Positions 50,316-58,081 of a stretch of 64,000 nt of DNA are shown here, in pieces. Origin of the DNA: Desulfobacteraceae bacterium. Its GTDB lineage: Bacteria; Desulfobacterota; Desulfobacteria; Desulfobacterales; RPRI01. The first letter of the stretch is position 1, and each line of letters opens with the position of its first letter. Under the pieces are notes generated by a model. It made no database searches. It had not been told where the DNA came from and was given only the letters and a program-made list of their open reading frames with translations. The position numbers were made by a program, and so were the translations under genes. Location of the stretch: the NCBI GenBank assembly GCA_011391695.1, contig JAABQB010000008.1, positions 2,719-66,718 of the forward strand, given 5' to 3'.

Positions 50316-50963
50316 ATGCATATTCCAGCCGAACAAGATCTGAAAAACATCATAGAGACACTGCTCTTTGTGGCAGACACTCCCCTTTCAACCGACCGGA
50401 TTAAAAGTATAGTTCCGGCTGACACTAAGGAAATTAAAGATGTCCTTTTCTTGCTTGCCAGGGAATATGAGGAGAGAAAGGGTGGATTTTTACTTTTTGA
50501 AGTAGCGGGAGGATACCAGATTCGAACCAGACCCGAATATGCCGAATGGATAAAAAAACTGGTTCAGCCAAACCCTCTGCGGATGAGCAAAGCCGCCCTC
50601 GAAACCCTCACAATTATTGCATACAAGCAGCCTATTATCCGGAGCGAAATAGAGCACATAAGAGGTGTCGACAGCGGGGGCATTCTCAGGATGCTGCTCG
50701 AACTCAAGCTGATACGTGTTCTTGGAAGAAAAGAAATACCGGGCCGCCCTCTTATCTATTCGACAACAAAACGTTTTCTTGAGATATTCGGGTTAAGGGA
50801 TTTAAAAGACCTCCCGACCCCTGAAGAAATCAAAGGTCTTGTGAATCCCCCGATTTCTGAAAGTCAACATCCGGATCAGCTTCCCCTTATAGTCACTGAA
50901 GATCCTGAGAGCGTTCCAAAAGATACTCTCATAAACGAGAATGAAAAAATTAACTTGACTTGA
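50316..50963 (+). CDS. scpB: Segregation and condensation protein B
   Basis: IETLLFVA, AGGYQIRT, SKAALETL.IIAYKQP, PGRP..YSTT. Start uncertain (50271 possible). Confidence 0.94.
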   Translation: MHIPAEQDLKNIIETLLFVADTPLSTDRIKSIVPADTKEIKDVLFLLAREYEERKGGFLLFEVAGGYQIRTRPEYAEWIKKLVQPNPLRMSKAALETLTIIAYKQPIIRSEIEHIRGVDSGGILRMLLELKLIRVLGRKEIPGRPLIYSTTKRFLEIFGLRDLKDLPTPEEIKGLVNPPISESQHPDQLPLIVTEDPESVPKDTLINENEKINLT

Positions 50964-51000
50964 AACTCGGAAAGCCGTTATTTTATTCAACAAGATCGCA

Positions 51001-51072
51001 ATTCCCGTGAAAAAGGGAATCAGGTTGTTTTGGTGCTTTCTATATGTCATTCCCGTGAAAACGGGAATCCAG
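51001..51072. repeat. Two REP/dRS3-like palindromes ATTCCC-N8-GGGAAT
   Basis: ATTCCCGTGAAAAAGGGAAT at 51001 and GTCATTCCCGTGAAAACGGGAATCCAG at 51046. Confidence 0.8.
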
Positions 51073-51097
51073 TTTCTTTTATATGAAGTCTCGCAAT

Positions 51098-51353
51098 GAG
51101 AGCTTCGCAGAACATTGAAGCTCCCCGCAGCAAGCTACGGGGAATCTTCGACCGTAGGGAATAGCGTCTATTTTTAATTCGCTCGCTAACCCCGCTGCAA
51201 GCAGCGAGGAATGCGCTCGCTGTTTCGGCTCAATTTTGCTCAAGTTCAAGGAAGGCGGTAATTTTAACCACAGGAATACATTTAGTATTTCGAGGATTAA
51301 AATTTGAGCCTGACGAAGAAATCGGGCAAAAGGGAGTGTTATGCAAAGGTCTC
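51098..51353 (+). mobile_element. GAGAC-family MITE interrupted by a nested element
   Basis: Left end GAGAGCTTCGCAGAAC. 51235-51353 aligns with the reverse complement of 6253-6395 and ends ATGCAAAGGTCTC. Confidence 0.75.
51114..51234. mobile_element. 121-bp nested non-autonomous element ('element A')
   Basis: Ends ATTGA/TCAAT; two internal CCCCG..CAAG..CG(G/A)GGAAT hairpins; partial second copy at 56606-56638. Confidence 0.65.
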
Positions 51354-51360
51354 ACAATAA

Positions 51361-51435
51361 GGGCGGTTAACTCAGCGGGAGAGTGCTACCTTCACACGGT
51401 AGAAGTCACTGGTTCAAACCCAGTACCGCCTACCA
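51361..51435 (+). tRNA. tRNA-Val (CAC)
   Basis: GGGCGGTTAACTCAGCGGGAGAGT; anticodon arm CTACC-TTCACAC-GGTAG; ends CCTACCA. Confidence 0.95.
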
Positions 51436-51443
51436 AAAATATC

Positions 51444-51478
51444 AAGGGGTTAGCCGTTTACGGTTAAGCCCCTTTATT
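51444..51478 (+). terminator. Hairpin/terminator after tRNA-Val
   Basis: AAGGGGTTAGCCG-TTTA-CGGTTAAGCCCCTT followed by TATTT. Confidence 0.55.
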
Positions 51479-51491
51479 TACAGGAGGTGCC

Positions 51492-52475
51492 ATGTTCAGG
51501 ACCAGAATAACCGAGTTGCTGGGAATTCAATATCCGATTATCGGCGGGACCATGATGGATATTTCGCTGGCCCCATTCGTGGCTGCAATTTCCAATGCTG
51601 GCGCGCTGGGCATTATCGCCTCGGCAATCTTCAAAGACCCGGAGAAGCTTCGTCTGGAAATCAGGAAAACCAGGGAATTGACCGATAAACCGTTCGCCGT
51701 AAATATCAATCTCTTCCCCCAGTTGATGCCGCCCGATAACCGCGCGTTTCTCGATGTGCTCTCCGCCGAGGGGGTAAGAATAGTCGAGACATCGGGCTAT
51801 CAGGCTCCGGTAGATCTGGTGACACTCTTCAAGGAATACGGCATGACCTGGATTCACAAATGCGTCGGGGTGCGTTACGCCAGGAAAGTGGCTTCGCTCG
51901 GCGCAGACGCCGTAACGGTTGTGGGATATGAAAATGGCGGGGCAACGGGGATATTGAACATCACCACGCTGGTGCTGGTGCCGTCGACGGTCGATGCGGT
52001 TCAGATTCCGGTCATCGGCGGCGGTGGCGTTGCTGACGGACGCGGACTCTACGCCGTTCTCTCGCTCGGTGCGGAAGCAGCCATAGTAGGCTCGCGCTTC
52101 GTACTTTCCGACGAATGCCCGGTGCATCCACATCTGAAGCAGGCGCTTTGCGAAGCCGACGAACTAAGCACCGACCTGATCATGTTCTCGGTCGGTTTCA
52201 CGCATCGCGTATGGATGAATGAGCCGGCGAAAAAGACCCTTGAAATCGAAAAAAGAGGGGGTTCGCTTGAGGAGATACTCCCCTACGTTTCCGGCGAAGC
52301 GGCGAGGAAGATGTACCAGACCGGCGATTTGAACGCGGGAACCATTTCCATATCACAGGGAATAGGCATTCCCAAAAAAATCATGCCAGTACGGGATATC
52401 ATCGAAGAGATGATCGGTCAGGCGCAGACGATACACAAGCGAATGACCCAAATAGGAGTTGGTGCAGGAATGTAA
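51492..52475 (+). CDS. Nitronate monooxygenase / FabK-like flavin oxidoreductase
   Basis: RITELLGIQYPIIGG, KPFAVN, GYENGG, GGGVADGRGL, GSRF. Confidence 0.9.
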   Translation: MFRTRITELLGIQYPIIGGTMMDISLAPFVAAISNAGALGIIASAIFKDPEKLRLEIRKTRELTDKPFAVNINLFPQLMPPDNRAFLDVLSAEGVRIVETSGYQAPVDLVTLFKEYGMTWIHKCVGVRYARKVASLGADAVTVVGYENGGATGILNITTLVLVPSTVDAVQIPVIGGGGVADGRGLYAVLSLGAEAAIVGSRFVLSDECPVHPHLKQALCEADELSTDLIMFSVGFTHRVWMNEPAKKTLEIEKRGGSLEEILPYVSGEAARKMYQTGDLNAGTISISQGIGIPKKIMPVRDIIEEMIGQAQTIHKRMTQIGVGAGM

Positions 52476-52525
52476 ACAGCCCGATGGCCATGACTAAATC
52501 ATTCATATCTGACAGGGAGGGATTT

Positions 52526-52804
52526 ATGAAGAGAATTCTTATTTTGACATGTGCGGTTTTCTTTGTTGCCGCGATCGCTTTCGCGGCAGGACCTAAGACT
52601 TATCAGGTGACCGGGCCGGTTCTTGAAGTTAAGGGAGATGTGATAGTTGTCGAAAAGGGAAAAGACAAATGGGAAATCACCCGTGATGCCTCCACCAAGG
52701 TAACCGGTGATTTGAAGGTGGGTTCCAAAGTGACAATCGAATATACCATGAAGGCGACGACCGTCGAAGTAAAGGAGGCAAAGCAGGCCGCACCGAAAAA
52801 GTAG
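52526..52804 (+). CDS. Small exported beta-barrel (OB-fold-like) protein
   Basis: GGGAGG RBS, AFA signal peptide, alternating beta strands. Confidence 0.75.
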   Translation: MKRILILTCAVFFVAAIAFAAGPKTYQVTGPVLEVKGDVIVVEKGKDKWEITRDASTKVTGDLKVGSKVTIEYTMKATTVEVKEAKQAAPKK

Positions 52805-52829
52805 TATTACCAACTGGGAATGAGTTCAT

Positions 52830-52872
52830 AAAAATGGCTGCTTCTGCCGATTACGCTGGGGCAGCCATTTTT
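52830..52872 (+). terminator. Terminator after the small exported protein
   Basis: AAAAATGGCTGC/GCAGCCATTTTT inverted repeat. Confidence 0.6.
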
Positions 52873-52965
52873 TCTGCCGGCGACACAGCAGCAGGAAGAT
52901 AGACCAATATGTGCTCCCACATACTGAACAGAATGAAGAAGTTCTAATTTCCTGTTCTAATTTCC

Positions 52966-52994
52966 TTGACAGGCAAGCGTCTCCCCGTTACACT
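52966..52994 (+). promoter_or_regulatory. sigma70 promoter of the HEAT/HD-GYP operon
   Basis: TTGACA-17-TACACT. Confidence 0.7.
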
Positions 52995-53056
52995 CCAACC
53001 GCTAAAAACAGCAAAACCAACTGATTTTCAATTAAAAAACTTCACAATATCCATCG

Positions 53057-55273
53057 ATGAATGATTTCAAAGGGAAAACGGGCCTAAACCCTTCATCGGT
53101 TGGGTCAATGCAGTTATTGCATATCATTACTGCCCTGAACCTGATCAGGATGAATCTTGGGATGTACCCGCCCGGCCACTCCCGAATTACAGAAAGCGTT
53201 GATTATGCATTTGATTTGATACAGAAGATCCTTCAGTGGAAGGTCGAATTGTTTATTGGTTTTGCCGGAGACACAATAACGTTCGGTGAAACCGCACCGG
53301 ATAAAGAAAAGAATAATTCCGTTTTCAGGGATTATGCTCACTGCCTGAACAATCTCCGTATTGTCTCTTTCACCATGCACCATGACTTGAATAAGAAAGA
53401 CCTGCTGGAGTTCAATCGAATTTTGACTTCCAAACCGGCCGATATCTGGGCCATGGGTAAAATCGAATCGGTATTTTCCCGTTCCGGCATCAAAGGAATC
53501 AAGGTAAAGGTCATCGATGCGGATTCCTTTCGTCCGGAGGAGAAGAAGGAGATCATCCAGACCAAGGTCGATCAGAAGGCAAAAGATGATCTTTTCTGGC
53601 AGGAATTCTTTGTCCGTCAGAAGCCAGAGGAGTTAAAAAGGAGTCCAAGCGACGGCATCCCGACGGATCAGGGAAAACCGGACACGGTTGAGGCCATCAG
53701 TCTTCTCAACCAGCAGCGGGAAAATTGGCCTTCGGCCGTCACCAGCTATGAGAAGATGCTTAATGAATATTTTTCTGAAATACCAAAAAGAAAACCTATA
53801 AGCACTGAAAAGTATGCAACACTGATCGGCGTCAACGCCCTTGTCAATGATCTAAATCCAGAATTAAAAAACCAACTTATCGATGTCGTGGAGCAACAGT
53901 TCAATCTTCACTCCGATACAGCGCTCATTGAGGAGAATTTGAAGTGCTTTCCCGATGCCGTATTCATGGATATTATCCGTCGGACAAATGAAAGAGGGGC
54001 TCAGATCTCTCCTGCTCTCGTCAATCTCCTCAAAAAAATGGCCGGCATCCATGAAGCAACCGTTCCAACAGACGAGCCAAAGGGAAAGGATTTTTCATCC
54101 GAGGATATGGAAACCCTTTTCAAACGCGAACAATATGAGAATTATGTATCTGAAGACTACGAAAGGTTATTGAAAAAGGCGGCGGGAACCTCCTCTTCCG
54201 GCAAAGATATCGATGAATCTCAATTCCCTCTCCGCAATTATCTGAAAACCCTTACCCATGAACATGTCGATTTCCAGATCTGTCAATTGATCCATTTCAT
54301 AATCGACGAGGTATCGAAAGAAGACTACCTATCAAGTTCCGAGAAGCTGAAAAGATCCATACCCGAACTTCTCAAAGCGGGTCGATTCTCATTTCTGATA
54401 ACCGTCATGGAGACCCTGCGCCGTCATGCAATTGAAAAGCCCGTCGAAATTATTCGCCAGAAAGCGCTGTCCCTTTTGGGTTCACTCTCGGAAAAGGAAA
54501 CCATAGCCAGGTATGTTGCACCGTTTATCCTCAAAGGAACAGAGGAACCCGCTGTGCTGACTCAATTTCTGATCTCAAGCAGTGTGCAGAACATATCCTG
54601 GCTTTTCGATCTTTACCTTGATCCGAAGGTGCCCTTGTCGGCAACGATTATCGAAATCATGAAAGGCTTTGGAAAAAGCGCGACCGAGGAGGCTGCAAAA
54701 CGACTGCCTGATCAGGATTCAGAAACAATAACACGTCTGCTTACGTTTATACGCGAAGCGGACGACAGATCTGTTTCGTCATCACTGAGGAATCTCTTCA
54801 ATCACGACGATTGGCCGGTGAGGAGAGAAATTATCAAGACACTCATTCAGTTTAACGATCCTGCTGTCATCGAACTTTTACAAAGAAGCCTTAAGGCCAG
54901 AGATCATAACGAGGTTTTGGAGGCCATCGGCCTGTCCTGCAGCTACCGGGTCGGTGATATGCTGAATGATCTGACATCCATGCTCAAGACCTTTGTCATT
55001 CGCGAGGAGGATGCAATACTTAATGAATGGATTGTCAGTGAACTTATGAAAACAGGACATCCGTCGGTTATTCCTCATTTGGAGAGAATTGCAGCGACAT
55101 GGTTCACCATCTCCCCGAAATATCTTTCCAGGATGAAAGTCACACTCTACAGGTATCTCCACCATTTTCCGAAAAATCAGATAAAGGAGCTTCTGCAAAA
55201 AGGGAAGAAATCCCGGAATGAGGAGATCAGGACGATCTCGGGAAAAATTTTGAAAGCGAGGGATAAAAAATGA
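53057..55273 (+). CDS. Large protein with C-terminal HEAT-like repeats
   Basis: 738-aa ORF; helical repeats such as LRNLFNHDDWPVRREIIKTL and LQRSLKARDHNEVLEAI. Confidence 0.75.
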   Translation: MNDFKGKTGLNPSSVGSMQLLHIITALNLIRMNLGMYPPGHSRITESVDYAFDLIQKILQWKVELFIGFAGDTITFGETAPDKEKNNSVFRDYAHCLNNLRIVSFTMHHDLNKKDLLEFNRILTSKPADIWAMGKIESVFSRSGIKGIKVKVIDADSFRPEEKKEIIQTKVDQKAKDDLFWQEFFVRQKPEELKRSPSDGIPTDQGKPDTVEAISLLNQQRENWPSAVTSYEKMLNEYFSEIPKRKPISTEKYATLIGVNALVNDLNPELKNQLIDVVEQQFNLHSDTALIEENLKCFPDAVFMDIIRRTNERGAQISPALVNLLKKMAGIHEATVPTDEPKGKDFSSEDMETLFKREQYENYVSEDYERLLKKAAGTSSSGKDIDESQFPLRNYLKTLTHEHVDFQICQLIHFIIDEVSKEDYLSSSEKLKRSIPELLKAGRFSFLITVMETLRRHAIEKPVEIIRQKALSLLGSLSEKETIARYVAPFILKGTEEPAVLTQFLISSSVQNISWLFDLYLDPKVPLSATIIEIMKGFGKSATEEAAKRLPDQDSETITRLLTFIREADDRSVSSSLRNLFNHDDWPVRREIIKTLIQFNDPAVIELLQRSLKARDHNEVLEAIGLSCSYRVGDMLNDLTSMLKTFVIREEDAILNEWIVSELMKTGHPSVIPHLERIAATWFTISPKYLSRMKVTLYRYLHHFPKNQIKELLQKGKKSRNEEIRTISGKILKARDKK

Positions 55274-56409
55274 GTTCCGCAGAGTTTCAAAAAACGATGA
55301 GCAGGATGGTCCCCCAGTTCACTGCGGCCGTTCAGAATGCAGGGATCTATCCGGACAACCATCCGCAGTCCCTTTCCTATATCCAGGAGACCTATCACGT
55401 AATGGAGGAGCTGTTTGAAGTAAAAGAAAAAATAACCCTCCTTCTCATTGGTGACAGCCTCATGTCAGATAATCGACCACTGACCATTACCGGCTCCTGT
55501 GAGACGGCCTTTGCCCAGATCTTTAGAAATAATGAGATAGAGCGTGTAACCTTCATCAAAGGTCTTACCCTTCTCCAGCTTAAGGAATTTATCCGGAACC
55601 TGTCTTCGGCAAGTGTTTCGGACATGCCTTCAATACGATATATCAAGTTCGGAAAACTCGAGATCAAGGAGCGTGAGGATCGGTACAAGGATCATGACGA
55701 TTCGCACGCAGCTGAGATCGACACGATTCACGACATGGAAACAAAGACCACGGACGAGAGAATTAAAAATATCTACCGGGAAGTCCTCGGTGGGGGGAAA
55801 ATCAACCTGGAAGACACAAGCGAGATTATCAGTCTTTTTATGGACAATCTCCACAGGGAGTCAAATCCTCTTCAGCTTCTCGCCAAAACAAAATCGAACG
55901 ACGAATACACGTTCACCCACACGGCAAATGTCGGCATCCTGACGCTGTTTTTCGCCGAATATCTCGGATTTAAAGGATCTTACCTCAACAATATCGGAGT
56001 GGCAGCCATTCTCCATGATACAGGTAAGGTCACGACTCCCGACAAGGTCCTTTCAAAACCGGGGCCTCTTACATTCGACGAGCGGGAGGAGATGGAAACG
56101 CATGCGATCAAGGGCGCTTTCAACCTGATGGAACAGGCAAATATACCCAATATTGCCGTTCTTGTTGCTTTCGAACATCACATGAAATATGACGGCACCG
56201 GTTATCCCCGCATCAAGGGCGATTGGGAACAGAATATCGTAAGCCAGATGATCTCTATCGCGGACGTGTACGATGCACTGCGGACGACGCGGCCGTACCG
56301 ACATGATCCTGTGCCGATGGACCAGATTATCCAGATCTTCATAAGTGGAAGCGGTACCAATTTCAATCCATATCTCGTCGAACGGTTTCTGAACCTGGTC
56401 AATAAATAA
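55270..56409 (+). CDS. HD-GYP domain phosphodiesterase
   Basis: DEYTFTH, LHDTGK, HAIKG, EHHMKYDGTGYP, ADVYDAL..RPY. ATGA overlap with the upstream gene. Confidence 0.92.
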   Translation: MSSAEFQKTMSRMVPQFTAAVQNAGIYPDNHPQSLSYIQETYHVMEELFEVKEKITLLLIGDSLMSDNRPLTITGSCETAFAQIFRNNEIERVTFIKGLTLLQLKEFIRNLSSASVSDMPSIRYIKFGKLEIKEREDRYKDHDDSHAAEIDTIHDMETKTTDERIKNIYREVLGGGKINLEDTSEIISLFMDNLHRESNPLQLLAKTKSNDEYTFTHTANVGILTLFFAEYLGFKGSYLNNIGVAAILHDTGKVTTPDKVLSKPGPLTFDEREEMETHAIKGAFNLMEQANIPNIAVLVAFEHHMKYDGTGYPRIKGDWEQNIVSQMISIADVYDALRTTRPYRHDPVPMDQIIQIFISGSGTNFNPYLVERFLNLVNK

Positions 56410-56489
56410 AATAGATTTCATTGCCGGGTTATCCGAAAATAGTCTCTACCCGCTGCTCGATGTTTGTCTCGCTTACCTGAACCCCGCCA

Positions 56490-56545
56490 ACTCCTGTCTT
56501 CCTCATCATTATACAAATTATCCGTCTTCTCCTCGATACCCTACC
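56490..56545 (-). pseudogene. Possible frameshifted remnant of an IS200-like (RAYT) transposase
   Basis: With frameshifts it reads G-I-E-R-R-R-I..Y-N-D-E-E-D-R, reminiscent of RAYT 'RGIERR.IF.DD.DR'. Short and uncertain. Confidence 0.3.
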
Positions 56546-56605
56546 CTCTTTTCTAAACGGCAGTAAACCGTAAAGCAAAAAACAATTGAAACATTAACAT
56601 CCATC

Positions 56606-56638
56606 ATTGGGGGGAATACGCTCGCTGTTTCGGCTCAA
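56606..56638. repeat. Truncated copy of element A
   Basis: GGAATACGCTCGCTGTTTCGGCTCAA matches 51208-51233 with one mismatch. Confidence 0.75.
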
Positions 56639-56650
56639 GGATAAAAGCTG

Positions 56651-57073
56651 TTATTCTGTTTTATGCCAATTTAAGACTTTGAAGTTCTCGAACAATTTGA
56701 AATCGTGAGTGTTCCGCGTGATCAGAATTAGATCATTAACTCTCGTGATTGCCGCGATCTGACCGTCCACAAAAGACGGCATCTTCCCCTGCATGGATAG
56801 CTTTGACCTCTGTTCCGCATGCCATTCTGCCGCCCGTTCATCATATGGAAGAATATCCACGTTCCTCAGTACGACATCCTCTAAATATGCTTTAAGCATC
56901 TCACGCTTACGGGAAACAGGAAGCCGAAGGCAGCCGTACAGTAGTTCATGCCATACCGGAGCAGCCGTCGCAATTTCGTCTTGATGTTTTTCGAGCATTG
57001 CTATCACATACCGGTCGGGGTTCACTTTCACAGCTTCAGATAAAACGTTTGTGTCAAGCAGGTATTTTATCAT
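56651..57073 (-). CDS. vapC: VapC-family PIN-domain toxin
   Basis: YLLDTNVLSE, ELLYG, DGQIAAI, LITRNTHDF. Confidence 0.92.
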   Translation of the reverse strand: MIKYLLDTNVLSEAVKVNPDRYVIAMLEKHQDEIATAAPVWHELLYGCLRLPVSRKREMLKAYLEDVVLRNVDILPYDERAAEWHAEQRSKLSMQGKMPSFVDGQIAAITRVNDLILITRNTHDFKLFENFKVLNWHKTE

Positions 57074-57351
57074 GAAAAGTCGACCTCCCGGCCTGAGAAA
57101 TCATCTCTAATGCTTTCAAATTCTTCTCCGGTAACAACCACACCTTCTTTTTCCACGTTTTTCCGCCAGGAATTCAATGCACTCCAGTATCCTTCTCTTT
57201 TCCGGTTCAGCCTTTGGTAATCTTTAATGGACAACAAAACAGCTACGGGCCTGCCATGCCGGGTCAGCTTGACAGCTTGTCCTGTTTCCACGGAATGAAT
57301 GAGCGATGTCAGCTTGTTTTTGGCATCGACTATCGTATACTGCTCTTCCAT
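57070..57351 (-). CDS. Phd/YefM-family antitoxin
   Basis: YTIVDAKNKLTSLI..VE.G..V.LTRHGRPVAVL; overlaps the toxin start. Confidence 0.92.
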   Translation of the reverse strand: MEEQYTIVDAKNKLTSLIHSVETGQAVKLTRHGRPVAVLLSIKDYQRLNRKREGYWSALNSWRKNVEKEGVVVTGEEFESIRDDFSGREVDFS

Positions 57352-57401
57352 GATTTATACCTCCCTTTGCCGCACAAGATGCTTTTTATGTATTTTTGAG
57401 G

Positions 57402-57430
57402 ATAATAGCCATTTTTATAGCCATTGTCAA
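57402..57430 (-). promoter_or_regulatory. TA operon promoter with overlapping direct-repeat operator
   Basis: TTGACA-17-TATTAT. AATGGCTAT occurs twice (12-nt period) across the spacer and -10. Confidence 0.75.
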
Positions 57431-57445
57431 GAAAGACCGTTGGTA

Positions 57446-57475
57446 AGCTAACGTTCGTGCTGAGCGTGCATGGCG
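57446..57475 (-). other. attC-like right half site
   Basis: Minus strand ...GCTCAGCACGAAC-GTTAGCT directly upstream of the TA promoter. No matching left half found. Confidence 0.35.
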
Positions 57476-57880
57476 GAACACCCGCCTGCCCAGAACTTAT
57501 CCGGTCCGGCAGGAACAGACCTGTTCACATAATAAAATTCATATCATGCGCAACAGTTTGTATTTTATTTGCATTTTAACCGGATTTTGTTAAAGGATAT
57601 TTGGAAATCGGGGGATAGGCGATATACGTAACTGAGAAACTGAATATTCGGTATTCGATTGGACGGTTAAACGGTACTCGTTACAGGTGTAGGTTGCCGG
57701 TTTAAAGGAGAAGAAAGCCAAGCATAATTATTAAGTTGCGTTGACAGAAACGGAATATTATCGGAACCCCTGATCGAATAATATCAATTTTTCCGGAAAT
57801 AGTGACCAAACCGTTGACCAAGTGCCCTTAAAAGCGAAAGAGGATTAACCGATGAACTGGCTAACCCTCTGTTTTTATTA

Positions 57881-57967
57881 TGGTGCCGAAGCGGGGACTT
57901 GAACCCCGATGGAGAACTCTCCACTAGACCCTGAACCTAGCGCGTCTACCAGTTCCGCCACTTCGGC
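57881..57967 (-). tRNA. tRNA-Leu (CAG)
   Basis: GCCGAAGTGGCGGAACTGGTAGACGC; anticodon arm CTAGG-TTCAGGG-TCTAG; long variable arm; ends GCACCA. Confidence 0.95.
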
Positions 57968-58081
57968 ATAAAAACAAATAAAATATTGATTTAAAATCGA
58001 GAGTGGGATAGTTAATTTTTTTCTGATAATTTGTCAAGTCTATTGTTGGAAGTCTATTTATTTGAATCTGGAAACTATGTA

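Noticed and set aside
51383-52133. ORFs 51383-51688 (+) and 51474-52133 (-)
   Set aside because: They overlap tRNA-Val and the oxidoreductase gene; long antisense frames are expected in GC-rich coding DNA.
57520-57800. Hidden ORF or integrase fragment in the non-coding tract
   Set aside because: No open frame with an RBS or recognisable recombinase motif found on either strand.
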